64,000 nucleotides of DNA, taken from IMG/VR virus record IMGVR_UViG_3300031576_000006, positions 32,001 through 96,000 of that record; one strand, 5' to 3'. The notes under the pieces are model-generated. The model worked only from the letters and a program-made list of their open reading frames with translations, searched no databases and was not told the origin of the DNA. Each line of letters opens with the position of its first letter. Within the stretch, counting starts at the first letter, position 1. Positions 8,876 to 17,393 of the stretch are shown here, piece after piece. Origin of the DNA: a virus. A program made the position numbers and the translations under genes.

Positions 8876-9160
8876 TTATACCCCCTTCGCTTTGGCGATT
8901 GCACTTTTTACGATCGCCCTTAAGCCTTCAATGTCCACCTTGCCGTCATTATTCGTAACGTCATCGGTCAAGCCAAAAAGCACGGTCTCAAGTGCTGACA
9001 ACATTTCGGGCGCGGCAGCTAGGACTTTGGCATTATCTGCATACGGCAATTCTACTTCAACTGAACCAATATAGGTTTGCTCTTCCACAAGAGCGATTCT
9101 GGTTCTACCAGCTGCAATTATTTTTCCATCAGCTTTCCATGGACCTTGTGTATGGCTCAT
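8876..9160 (-). CDS. conserved phage early protein
   Basis: HTQGPW...DNAKVLAAAPEMLSALE...AIAKAKG, a widespread phage motif; start trimmed to ATG 9160. Confidence 0.65.
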   Translation of the reverse strand: MSHTQGPWKADGKIIAAGRTRIALVEEQTYIGSVEVELPYADNAKVLAAAPEMLSALETVLFGLTDDVTNNDGKVDIEGLRAIVKSAIAKAKGV

Positions 9161-9189
9161 TTCCCATCCTTTGTAAACGTTACAAATAC

Positions 9190-9217
9190 AGTATATCAAA
9201 ATAGGGATTGCAATCAA
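9190..9217 (-). promoter_or_regulatory. sigma70-like early promoter (leftward)
   Basis: TTGATT-N16-TATACT. Confidence 0.6.
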
Positions 9218-9236
9218 TAAAAAATTGATTTAGTAT
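9208..9236 (+). promoter_or_regulatory. sigma70-like promoter (rightward, overlapping divergent)
   Basis: TTGCAA-N17-TAGTAT; predicted start near G9243. Confidence 0.65.
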
Positions 9237-9242
9237 CATTAT

Positions 9243-9414
9243 GTGACATGCGGCGTGGGAAGCTGTGGGGATATTACCTCTAGGTGTGTGGACGCAAGTC
9301 CTGCCCTGGATTTTAGAAAGACCACTGGAGACACGTTCGGATAATATTACCCTAACGAATAGCACGGATGGGCATTACCGTGCATTGGTCGGAGTCGCGT
9401 CCGGCCATGTCACA
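9243..9414 (+). ncRNA. tRNA-like structured ncRNA (non-decoding)
   Basis: Closing stem GTGACATG/CATGTCAC; D-like stem CGTG/CACG around a ~74-nt structured insert with a GGAC-GCAA-GTCC tetraloop hairpin; GCACGG/CCGTGC arm; T-like arm GTCGG/CCGGC. Confidence 0.7.
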
Positions 9415-9426
9415 TAAGGAGAATCA

Positions 9427-9660
9427 ATGAAACCAAGTTTTAAAATAATTACAGGTTTAAAAAAGGCTACAGGGGTGTCAGATTTTGAGATTAAGCTTAT
9501 AGTTCGAGATTTTATCAAGGCCACGAGTAAGCATAAGAAAAAAATTCCACAGTCAGTTGTAGATGCTGCTTTTAATTTCTTTCTTGCTGGTAATTTAAAC
9601 GCTACGGCCCATAACACTTGCTTTGGGAAATACATGTCACCATTTCTTAGGGAAAAATGA
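9427..9660 (+). CDS. small basic hypothetical protein
   Basis: AAGGAG SD immediately after the ncRNA; ATGA coupling to HNH gene. Confidence 0.6.
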   Translation: MKPSFKIITGLKKATGVSDFEIKLIVRDFIKATSKHKKKIPQSVVDAAFNFFLAGNLNATAHNTCFGKYMSPFLREK

Positions 9661-10085
9661 AACCTAATTCCAGCTGCTTTATCTGTAGCAGAAAATTCTA
9701 TAGAATCCCCTCTAGAAAGCAGGAAAGAAATTTTTGCTCTTATTCTTGTCGTAATAAATATTTTTCCAAAGAAAAGAGTTTTGTTTGGAAGGGCGGCAAG
9801 CGAAATCAAGCTAAGGCTTATTCGGATGCCAGACTAAGAAGGGTTAAATATAAACAAATCGTAGTTAATTTGATGGGCGGCAGATGTCAGAATTGTCATT
9901 ACAATAAGTGCCTATCAGCTTTAGAATTTCACCATACCGATGACAATAAAGATCGCAATGTAAGGGATTTCGTAAGAGGAAGCTTAAGTAAAGCTATAAA
10001 AGAGGCTAAAAAATGTATACTTCTGTGCGCTAATTGTCACAGAGAAGAACACGAAAGGTTAAAGGAAAATGAAAAAAGAACTTGA
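9657..10085 (+). CDS. HNH endonuclease (free-standing homing-type)
   Basis: N-terminal CFIC...FCSYSC Zn finger and WKGG; CQNC...LEFHH...CILLCANCHREEH. Confidence 0.85.
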   Translation: MKPNSSCFICSRKFYRIPSRKQERNFCSYSCRNKYFSKEKSFVWKGGKRNQAKAYSDARLRRVKYKQIVVNLMGGRCQNCHYNKCLSALEFHHTDDNKDRNVRDFVRGSLSKAIKEAKKCILLCANCHREEHERLKENEKRT

Positions 10086-10650
10086 TGAGAGGTTGTGTAA
10101 AGAATTCCCCAATCTCTTTGCGGATCGCAATGGGGATATGATGTCTACCTGCATGGTTTGGGGTTTCGAACATAGCGATGGCTGGTTTGATATCATATAT
10201 GAAGCAGCTTCAAAGATTGAGCCGCTTATTGTCGCCATGAAAAAGGAACATCCAAATCTTGAATGGTACCCCAGAGCTTCTCAGGTCAAGGAAAAATACG
10301 GAACCTTGAGGTTCTACATGTCTTCCGAAACTGATGAAATGAGTAAGATTATTCAAGAAGCTGAAGATAAGAGCGAAGTAACCTGCGAAATATGTGGGCA
10401 ACCCGGAAAAACTCGCGGCATTGGATGGCTCAGCACCAACTGTTTAGAACACACAAGTAAGGAAGCTTTGGAATCTATGTATGAATATGTTTGTAAATAT
10501 AAAAAAGAGAACGACGAACGTCACGAAAAAATCATGTCTGACTTAGTAAAAAGCGGCCTTATTCCTAGAGAAGCCTTGAAGAAAATCACCGGACTCAGCG
10601 ATTGGTCTATCGATTCATACTTGGAAGGCTGTAAATCTGATAATGGTTGA
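10069..10650 (+). CDS. conserved phage hypothetical protein
   Basis: GWFDII...QVKEKYGTLRFY...TCEICGQPG motif family. Confidence 0.6.
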   Translation: MKKELDERLCKEFPNLFADRNGDMMSTCMVWGFEHSDGWFDIIYEAASKIEPLIVAMKKEHPNLEWYPRASQVKEKYGTLRFYMSSETDEMSKIIQEAEDKSEVTCEICGQPGKTRGIGWLSTNCLEHTSKEALESMYEYVCKYKKENDERHEKIMSDLVKSGLIPREALKKITGLSDWSIDSYLEGCKSDNG

Positions 10651-11176
10651 AATATTTACTTTCATAGATTTAGAACTGGCTCAGCCGTCAAGAAAACTTA
10701 TTCAGTTGGGCGCTGTGGTGGGAAATATTAAAACCGGCCAGGTTTTAGAACGTTTATCTGTTTTTGTTAATCCCCACGAACAGTTAAGTGAATTTATAAT
10801 TAATCTTACCGGTATTACCCAGGAGCAAGTTGATACGGGAACAACCCTTGAAAAAATGTATGAACAACTTTGCTCATTACATAAAAAGCATGGAAGCTAT
10901 CGTAATTTTGTTCAATGGGGCAGCGGTGATTCTGAGTGTATTAGAGAACAGATGGGATTAAATGGAGAAGTTTTTATTGGAGGTAGACGCACCATTGATG
11001 TAAAAACTATTTTTATTGCATGGCGATTATCTCAGGGCGAAAAACTTCAAAGTGGATTAGCAAAATCTTTGGTAAAATTGGGGTTAAAATTTGAAGGTAC
11101 CAAGCATAATGCTCTTTCGGACGCCGAAAATACTTTTAGGATTTTTATGGCACTTCAGAAAAAATTTAGAGCATGA
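10643..11176 (+). CDS. DEDDh 3'-5' exonuclease (DnaQ/ERI-1-like)
   Basis: IDLE, LTGITQEQVD, WGSGD, HNALSDAENT. Confidence 0.85.
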   Translation: MVEIFTFIDLELAQPSRKLIQLGAVVGNIKTGQVLERLSVFVNPHEQLSEFIINLTGITQEQVDTGTTLEKMYEQLCSLHKKHGSYRNFVQWGSGDSECIREQMGLNGEVFIGGRRTIDVKTIFIAWRLSQGEKLQSGLAKSLVKLGLKFEGTKHNALSDAENTFRIFMALQKKFRA

Positions 11177-11257
11177 TTAAATAGCCTCTTCGTCGTTGCG
11201 ATTGATTAATGGTCCTATAGCATATGGCACTGCATCCGCTGCATGATTCACATCGTC

Positions 11258-13018
11258 CTAATTTATTACATTAACTCCATTGATTCGAACTGGTCGAATT
11301 GGAGGTTGTATATCGCCAGCATCTAAAGCTCTTCGTAATTCACTCAAAGCACTAATTAAATCTCGCTCTTTGGCTAACTCTTTTTCAGCCAAAAATTTGA
11401 GCACCGTAACTTTATCTTGCAGATCTGCAGGGCTATTGCGATATGAATAAAACTGATGAATTTCTTTGTTGTATACCTCTATATTGTATTTTAGCGCCCC
11501 GTCTTTGTGAACCCCCAACAACCACTGTCTTCCATCGGAGTTGTTTACTTGACGGCCATACGAGCCAATACAATTGCTCATTTTTTGGCCCCATAAGATA
11601 AGTTCAATATTTGTTTTTGGGATGATAAGCTTAAGCCCTCCTTCTAGTTCTATGCCGTCTATTGCCACCACCTCATCTTTGAATTTTAGGTCAAAATTAT
11701 CCGTGGATAGTTTTCTGTATTCAATCGTAACGTAGTCATGCAAAGCTTCTAAGGTTCGTAAGTCGCTTGGTATTAATATTTTGTCTGGCTTTTCATTCCA
11801 TTGATTGGCCGTATCTCGTAGATAATTAAATTTGTGGGATACTAATCCAGCTTCCAAGCTCGCTACGTCCCAAATATCTTTTAGGACCCTTTCCGTTCTT
11901 GATTCCCCAATATGCTTGAAAAATTTATCTATTTTTTGCTTTGCGAATACAAGACCACCAATTGCTGGTAATAAATCCTGACGGCCAACTAGGGTTTTTG
12001 TACGGGCAGTGCGTTCAATTTCAAGAAAAATATCTTGAACTTTGTCGAGGTTGATATACTCCTTCAAGAATTTACCTAAAGTGAAAACTGACAAATCAAA
12101 CATTCCTAAGGTTCTTAAAAAAGTGAATGTTTGATAATTACCGGGTCGTACAGTTATATTTATAGGGTTCTCTGCATTGAAGTTTATTAAATTTTCATTA
12201 TTGACAGGAATATATTTTTCTATCGATTTGGCTTCCGCGATTCTATATATCAGTCTTGCTTGGACTGCACGCCTTAAGTACTTGGCATTTTTGCCGAAAA
12301 CCTTTTTGCAGATTTTTTCCAGGGAATTGTGCTTGCGTAGTAGTTTGAATATTGCAAAATTTTCTTTATCGCCCTGTTCAAATCTAATCGTTTCTATATC
12401 ATTGTTCGATTTAATGAAGTAGTAAATATTATTGCACAAAAATTCAGACCCTATAGATAGTCGTAATAAATTTAATCCTGTTTTTCGTGCGCAATTCTTG
12501 TTGAGCTTACCAGTAAACAAACCTTCTTTCTTTGCCTTCCATAAAATAAGCTCAGACATACGCCTGTCAAATGCCAGTCTAGTCTTGGCTACAGATATCG
12601 TAGTGCCCTTGACTTGTTTGATATTTTTGGATTGAATGGTTTTCATTATAATTTCATCCCACCGGGTTGACTTATAAGTACCATTGGTGAATATTTTACC
12701 TTTTGCGTCCCACGGTGAATTATTCAAAAGCAGCATCACGCTTTTCTTTTTAAACAAGAATGTGGCCATCCATTTATACTCGTATTTTTGTTTTGTATGG
12801 TTGCCAATAACATACATAAGCACGAGTTTGCCGGGCTTTTCAAAACATTTTATACCAGCTATACCTTTGACTTGGTTGTCGCTTTCAGGTTTGCTTGTAT
12901 TTATGCCGTTAGGATAATGAGCTTTATTGAGATTTTGACGTTCGATTAAAACTGCAGCCGGAACTCTATATATGTCCCAGTATTTATTTCCATTTTTAGC
13001 TACGCCGTCAGGTTTCAA
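11258..13018 (-). CDS. PcfJ-like domain protein
   Basis: C-terminal LHD...PKTNIELILWGQKMSNCIGSY...YNIEV...QFYSYRN. Confidence 0.7.
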   Translation of the reverse strand: MKPDGVAKNGNKYWDIYRVPAAVLIERQNLNKAHYPNGINTSKPESDNQVKGIAGIKCFEKPGKLVLMYVIGNHTKQKYEYKWMATFLFKKKSVMLLLNNSPWDAKGKIFTNGTYKSTRWDEIIMKTIQSKNIKQVKGTTISVAKTRLAFDRRMSELILWKAKKEGLFTGKLNKNCARKTGLNLLRLSIGSEFLCNNIYYFIKSNNDIETIRFEQGDKENFAIFKLLRKHNSLEKICKKVFGKNAKYLRRAVQARLIYRIAEAKSIEKYIPVNNENLINFNAENPINITVRPGNYQTFTFLRTLGMFDLSVFTLGKFLKEYINLDKVQDIFLEIERTARTKTLVGRQDLLPAIGGLVFAKQKIDKFFKHIGESRTERVLKDIWDVASLEAGLVSHKFNYLRDTANQWNEKPDKILIPSDLRTLEALHDYVTIEYRKLSTDNFDLKFKDEVVAIDGIELEGGLKLIIPKTNIELILWGQKMSNCIGSYGRQVNNSDGRQWLLGVHKDGALKYNIEVYNKEIHQFYSYRNSPADLQDKVTVLKFLAEKELAKERDLISALSELRRALDAGDIQPPIRPVRINGVNVIN

Positions 13019-13733
13019 GTTCGTAATCCAAAATAGTTACAGGGTTAAGAGGTCCGCCAATCCAAGTGCAAATAGCTACATTATAAAAGCTTATACCTTC
13101 TTGATGTTTTTGCCCGTGGCCCTGATGTATGTGTCCAAAAAAATGGAGATCAGGTCTGATGCGCTCAACGGCATCACGAAGATCGGCACACCCTAAAAAT
13201 TGTCCTAATGGTGTTCCTTGGAAGGTTGTTAATTCATCAAGGATATATAGCGGAGGTCCGTGAGTAATAAGTACATTGATGTCTTCAGGCATCGTAGCCC
13301 AATCATCCTTAATCCATGGAATCCGGCGAAGCATACTCTCTGAAAGCGTCCGGGCTCTGTTGAATGCGTAGTCGTTATACCATGGAGTATACGGAGATCC
13401 GAAGAACTTGATACCCTCAAGCGTAATTGCTTCATGGTTGAGTAGGATCACATTATTATCTTCACACATTTTTCTTGCGTCCGTTGGGTTCTGTTCGAAG
13501 TATCGATCGTGGTTGCCTGGCGTAAAAATAATGTGCTTGAAGTTTAATTCGCCATACCATTTGAGAAACGTTTCCGTTTCTTTCATGTCTCCCCAGAAAG
13601 TGGCATCTCCGGCATGGATAAGAATATCGCCGCTTAACGGCTCTTTATCTTCGCCCAAAGAGTTGATTTCTTTGAATTCTGGTATGAGGTAGTGGTAGTT
13701 ATGTGTGTCCGATATTGCAGCTATTTTTAACAT
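13008..13733 (-). CDS. calcineurin-like metallophosphoesterase (MPPED-like)
   Basis: SDTH, HAGD, GNHD, THGPP and FGHIH motifs. Confidence 0.9.
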   Translation of the reverse strand: MLKIAAISDTHNYHYLIPEFKEINSLGEDKEPLSGDILIHAGDATFWGDMKETETFLKWYGELNFKHIIFTPGNHDRYFEQNPTDARKMCEDNNVILLNHEAITLEGIKFFGSPYTPWYNDYAFNRARTLSESMLRRIPWIKDDWATMPEDINVLITHGPPLYILDELTTFQGTPLGQFLGCADLRDAVERIRPDLHFFGHIHQGHGQKHQEGISFYNVAICTWIGGPLNPVTILDYELET

Positions 13734-13734
13734 A

Positions 13735-13917
13735 TTAACTCTCTTGGTGATTTATCCATCCACCGTTTTTTACAAGATCTCCTATTCTATAGGCACATAT
13801 GGCACCGCCGAAATGATCCCAGCTGACCCTAAACCATCCATCTTTCATAATTTCTGTGATTGCTCCAACCCACTTGCGATGTCCGAAATCGACAATTACG
13901 GTATCCCCAATTTTCAC
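13735..13917 (-). CDS. small hypothetical protein (SH3/KOW-like)
   Basis: MKIGDTVIV...G.ITEI; coupled ORF. Confidence 0.45.
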   Translation of the reverse strand: MKIGDTVIVDFGHRKWVGAITEIMKDGWFRVSWDHFGGAICAYRIGDLVKNGGWINHQES

Positions 13918-13918
13918 G

Positions 13919-14143
13919 TTAATCCTTAATTGTATTTTTCGACCACTCTTCGTATGCTGACATAGGTATCATTCTACCCGACCTTGATCCCCCTACAAAG
14001 CTAAATTTTGCCAAAATAAGATAATCGTCTTGATCCGTTGTTTTGTTCGTTCTAAAGCAGGTTGCATAAAACTTATACACTGCCGTCAGTAGTAATAGGC
14101 CGACCAATATGGCTGGATGATAATTCAAGAAAAATGTAATCAT
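13919..14143 (-). CDS. small membrane protein
   Basis: N-terminal hydrophobic helix; ATGA coupling. Confidence 0.55.
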   Translation of the reverse strand: MITFFLNYHPAILVGLLLLTAVYKFYATCFRTNKTTDQDDYLILAKFSFVGGSRSGRMIPMSAYEEWSKNTIKD

Positions 14144-14760
14144 AACTTGACTCCCATTAATTGATTCGTAAATTCATCCTGCTCTGCTTGCTCCGAATCC
14201 GACATCAGTCTTAAAAAACTTCTAGATGGCAACGTCCAGGGTGCCCACTCTGTACTCCACCATTTACGGTCCTTATAGCCCCAATTTGGATCTAAAATTT
14301 GTTGGCCGTCCCATGTGACCACATGTTGAGCATTTAATACGTTTAGGCTCTTAAGGGTTACGAGGCATGGTTTGCCGGTCGGCCTGTTCGTATAGACTAG
14401 ATCTCTACCGAACATTTTGGCAACCTTCAGCGTCCAGACATCATTAATGCCATTCTCGTCATTATTCCACCCTAACTTGGCATAAGCTCTCTTTACGGCG
14501 ATCAGTGGCTCTTGTAGGAGCATCGCAAGTGCGGCGGGACCACATTCATACTTGCCCTGCCTGACAATATTGACTCTTGGTTCTTGTCTGTTGACAATAT
14601 TACAGTGCAATTCAACATGGCTGGGAGATGTTAGCCTAATCCCTCCTCCGTTGTTTTCTTTTGAATAAATTACAAGCCGCTCGCTATAGTTCATCCCTAC
14701 AGCAAGAATCAGAATGCCATCCTTCTCTGTTATTATTTTGGGAACTCGCAATTTGATCAT
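14140..14760 (-). CDS. C39-like cysteine peptidase
   Basis: RQGKYECGPAALAM (Gln, Cys), AQHVVTWDG (His), ILDPN (Asp). Confidence 0.75.
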   Translation of the reverse strand: MIKLRVPKIITEKDGILILAVGMNYSERLVIYSKENNGGGIRLTSPSHVELHCNIVNRQEPRVNIVRQGKYECGPAALAMLLQEPLIAVKRAYAKLGWNNDENGINDVWTLKVAKMFGRDLVYTNRPTGKPCLVTLKSLNVLNAQHVVTWDGQQILDPNWGYKDRKWWSTEWAPWTLPSRSFLRLMSDSEQAEQDEFTNQLMGVKL

Positions 14761-15056
14761 TGCTTAAGTCCTTTAAATTCTGAGAATATAAAGGTGCCGA
14801 ATGTGCCGAAGTGTGCAGTATCGTGATCATTTTGCTCCATTACTTCAAGCCCAATAACAATCTCGTTTTTTTCCACACCCATTTCTTCCAAGTATTCAGC
14901 CATTTCGACCAAAGGTCCAGTCTTTTCAGATAAAGTGCATGGACCATTGACATCCAAAGCCTTAACGATGGCCCTTGCCTTTCTAGCGTCCATATTTTCT
15001 ATGATTAACTGATATCCTATTGCCGGAATCGTCATTTTGCTTGCCTGTGCTTGCAT
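14757..15056 (-). CDS. hypothetical protein
   Basis: GGGAGG SD; ATGA coupling. Confidence 0.6.
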   Translation of the reverse strand: MQAQASKMTIPAIGYQLIIENMDARKARAIVKALDVNGPCTLSEKTGPLVEMAEYLEEMGVEKNEIVIGLEVMEQNDHDTAHFGTFGTFIFSEFKGLKQ

Positions 15057-15244
15057 CTTAACCTCCCACGTAACTTATAATCCAATATCCCAATTTAATT
15101 TCATAATAATGATCATGATTGAAGTATTTAGGCATCCATTTCCAATTTCGACAGCGATGAATTTCTAATTTTTTAAATTTCAAGTGTCGCTCCTTAGATA
15201 ATAGAATAGTGCAATATTTACACAAACACAAGAGAAATAATTGC

Positions 15245-15273
15245 TTGCATTTTGATACGCATCAGATTAAGAT
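15245..15273 (+). promoter_or_regulatory. sigma70-like promoter, probably leaderless transcript
   Basis: TTGCAT-N17-TAAGAT-N6-ATG(15280). Confidence 0.6.
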
Positions 15274-15279
15274 TGTAAT

Positions 15280-15504
15280 ATGGGTCTAATAAGGATTTAT
15301 TTGTGGCTGATGGCCGCCATTATCATTGGAGCAATGCTCAACCGGGCCTACATCGTGATCGGCGTATCATCCTGGAACGAGGGGTGCAAGGAAGCATCTA
15401 TGAAAATGGGCATGGTTTACGGACTGCAATATCAAGGATATTTGGACAAATTTTGTAATGCTAGATTAAATCATATGAATGAAGAATTTCAATTGGAGGA
15501 TTAA
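15280..15504 (+). CDS. small membrane/secreted protein
   Basis: Hydrophobic N-terminus. Confidence 0.55.
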   Translation: MGLIRIYLWLMAAIIIGAMLNRAYIVIGVSSWNEGCKEASMKMGMVYGLQYQGYLDKFCNARLNHMNEEFQLED

Positions 15505-15741
15505 GTGAAAGTTATTGATGTAGAGGCCGTTGAGGCATTGGCTGGGTTGGCTCAATCTCACGGCAAAGAACTGAACATTACTATTAACAACAGTAAAACA
15601 TTTGGAACGAAAATTTCCGTAGGTGATCACGAATATTTCACCGACCGACTAGATAATATGTCAGTGATAGCGGCCCTTACCCATATTGGAAGAGGATTGG
15701 CACTTGAGCAAAAAGATGAGGAAACAAAGAAAGAAGCTTAG
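15505..15741 (+). CDS. hypothetical protein
   Basis: GGAGG SD, GTG start. Confidence 0.55.
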   Translation: MKVIDVEAVEALAGLAQSHGKELNITINNSKTFGTKISVGDHEYFTDRLDNMSVIAALTHIGRGLALEQKDEETKKEA

Positions 15742-15928
15742 GCCGGTCGGAGATATTTTATCCGACATGGAAAAGTTTTTATATGAACTTCATGAAGATC
15801 ATGATTTACAGCATGGTGAGGTTCTCTATCTCGTGAACGGATGGCAGAAAATTCATGTACCTGAACACATTGAATCTTACCTAGATGGCACTCATCCCAT
15901 CCTATACGGACCAGGGGAGGATAAATGA
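15686..15928 (+). CDS. hypothetical protein (true start probably at the internal MRKQ)
   Basis: Coupled ORF in plus-strand operon. Confidence 0.5.
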   Translation: MEEDWHLSKKMRKQRKKLRPVGDILSDMEKFLYELHEDHDLQHGEVLYLVNGWQKIHVPEHIESYLDGTHPILYGPGEDK

Positions 15929-16137
15929 AGGCTGAATTGATGACCGTGATATCAAAGATCACAAATTCTAAACCGGGCCTTACTAAGGGAAAGAAGTACA
16001 AAGTCATTGAATACGGTTTCAGTATGACCCACGGACCCTGGTACGAGATCAAGAATGATCGAAAGGAATTGATTTCCATCGTCAATGCAAACAAATATTT
16101 GAAGCTGGTAAGTCCAGTCAAAAGGAAGAAGAAGTGA
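15925..16137 (+). CDS. small basic hypothetical protein
   Basis: GGGGAGG SD; LTKGKKYKVI motif. Confidence 0.55.
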   Translation: MKAELMTVISKITNSKPGLTKGKKYKVIEYGFSMTHGPWYEIKNDRKELISIVNANKYLKLVSPVKRKKK

Positions 16138-16352
16138 AAAAAGGATTTTGGTACTATTTTCGGAACATTTATACCGGTGTGGCTATCTGGCAGGTTGCCG
16201 CATTTCTAACAACCTTTGTATTTCATAGTGAACTGGATAGATATATGGCTCTTGCTCGAATTCCAATTATCTTAATTGGGTCGTCTGTTCCAATCATAGT
16301 AAGTTCTTTAATCTTATCAAAGAAGGATAAGAATGCTGGTATCAATAGTTAA
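16134..16352 (+). CDS. small 2-TM membrane protein
   Basis: Two hydrophobic segments; GTGA coupling. Confidence 0.55.
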   Translation: MKKGFWYYFRNIYTGVAIWQVAAFLTTFVFHSELDRYMALARIPIILIGSSVPIIVSSLILSKKDKNAGINS

Positions 16353-16548
16353 AGGGCTGCTGACAGTATTTCTGACTTTCGTTCTGCTTACGGCGGCACC
16401 GGGCCTTCTACTGGGTGCCGGAACATGCCTAGCTCTGATAGGTAAACTTTTAGGTATGCTCCTCAAGGGATCTCCAGTAATATTCTTTATTTTATCTGTA
16501 ATTATTTCAATTCTACATGGACTTAAAGTTTTTCTTACCTCAAAATAA
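16333..16548 (+). CDS. small hydrophobic membrane protein
   Basis: Nearly entirely hydrophobic. Confidence 0.5.
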   Translation: MLVSIVKGLLTVFLTFVLLTAAPGLLLGAGTCLALIGKLLGMLLKGSPVIFFILSVIISILHGLKVFLTSK

Positions 16549-16572
16549 TCAGCATTAACAATAGGTTACCTC

Positions 16573-16586
16573 AAAAACTTAATAAT
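16573..16586 (+). promoter_or_regulatory. putative late promoter core (copy 1)
   Basis: AAAAACTTAATAAT; the identical core occurs at 6 intergenic sites upstream of structural blocks. Confidence 0.65.
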
Positions 16587-16613
16587 TGAAACGTAAGCTT
16601 GAGGTGTCTAGAA

Positions 16614-16934
16614 ATGGCTAATGAAGATAATAGGCCTAAACCTACAATCAATGATCAAATTGCTTTGTATGTTTTACATGAAAGAGTTAACGAACTCAGA
16701 GAAGCGCATAGGCAGAAGGACGATAGGGATTTGCGGCTGTTTCAACAGCTGGCTGATGCCCAGAAGTCAACGTCTGAGCGTTTGGCGGTAGTCGAGACAA
16801 ATGATATTCATGTATCCCATGCAGTCATTAAACTTCAAAAAGAATCTTCGATACAAACTAAGCTTTTGACTGGTATTTTCCTGTCTGCTATCAGTGCGCT
16901 AATAACAATTATTGTTAAAGCTATTTTGGGGTAA
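16614..16934 (+). CDS. coiled-coil protein with C-terminal TM (holin/XhlA-like)
   Basis: GAGG SD; coiled coil then LLTGIFLSAISALITIIVKAILG. Confidence 0.45.
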   Translation: MANEDNRPKPTINDQIALYVLHERVNELREAHRQKDDRDLRLFQQLADAQKSTSERLAVVETNDIHVSHAVIKLQKESSIQTKLLTGIFLSAISALITIIVKAILG

Positions 16935-16936
16935 TC

Positions 16937-17326
16937 ATGAAATTTGGAATCCAGATGTTAGAATCAGAGTCAACTCTCAATAACCTTATTCCTTCTAATC
17001 AGTTGGAGGTTAGCCCTGGTGAAACTGCCACAATAATGTTTCAATTGGTCAATGAAAAGACTGGACAGCGATACATACCTGCGTCTGGTGCGACCATGAC
17101 AGCACGTCTCGTCGCCAGTAATAATGTCAACGTCATAAGCAAGATCCCTACACAGCCCTTTGTTGCGGACGATAGATCTATTTGGTCATTCCCGTTGAGT
17201 GCAGTCGACACAGCTAAGGCGGCTGGAATAAATATAGAAGTTGTTTTGACCGAAGGCGCTAATATCAAAAAAGTTTGGGCTAAATCGGTACTTATCATGT
17301 CTCCCAATTCACCCTTTAAGGCATAA
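16937..17326 (+). CDS. putative virion protein (beta-sandwich)
   Basis: Follows late motif; beta-rich composition. Confidence 0.4.
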   Translation: MKFGIQMLESESTLNNLIPSNQLEVSPGETATIMFQLVNEKTGQRYIPASGATMTARLVASNNVNVISKIPTQPFVADDRSIWSFPLSAVDTAKAAGINIEVVLTEGANIKKVWAKSVLIMSPNSPFKA

Positions 17327-17393
17327 TTATATGGAACTTTATTCAGATAAAAACATTATTCAGTTATCGAAATAACCGATTTGAGAGAATAAT

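Noticed and set aside
9180-9365. 61-aa minus-strand ORF across the ncRNA
   Set aside because: Overlaps two divergent promoters and a strongly base-paired region; no SD or protein motif
9427-9660. HU/IHF-like call for the 77-aa ORF
   Set aside because: Only the first two helices look similar; the GFGxF and RNP arm motifs are absent
11177-11260. Frame stays open for 26 codons after the PcfJ TAG (and the TAG at 26175 is in frame with the next gene), suggesting amber recoding
   Set aside because: All long structural genes are intact under code 11, several TAG stops are coupled to starts or doubled, and no suppressor tRNA is seen; consistent with chance
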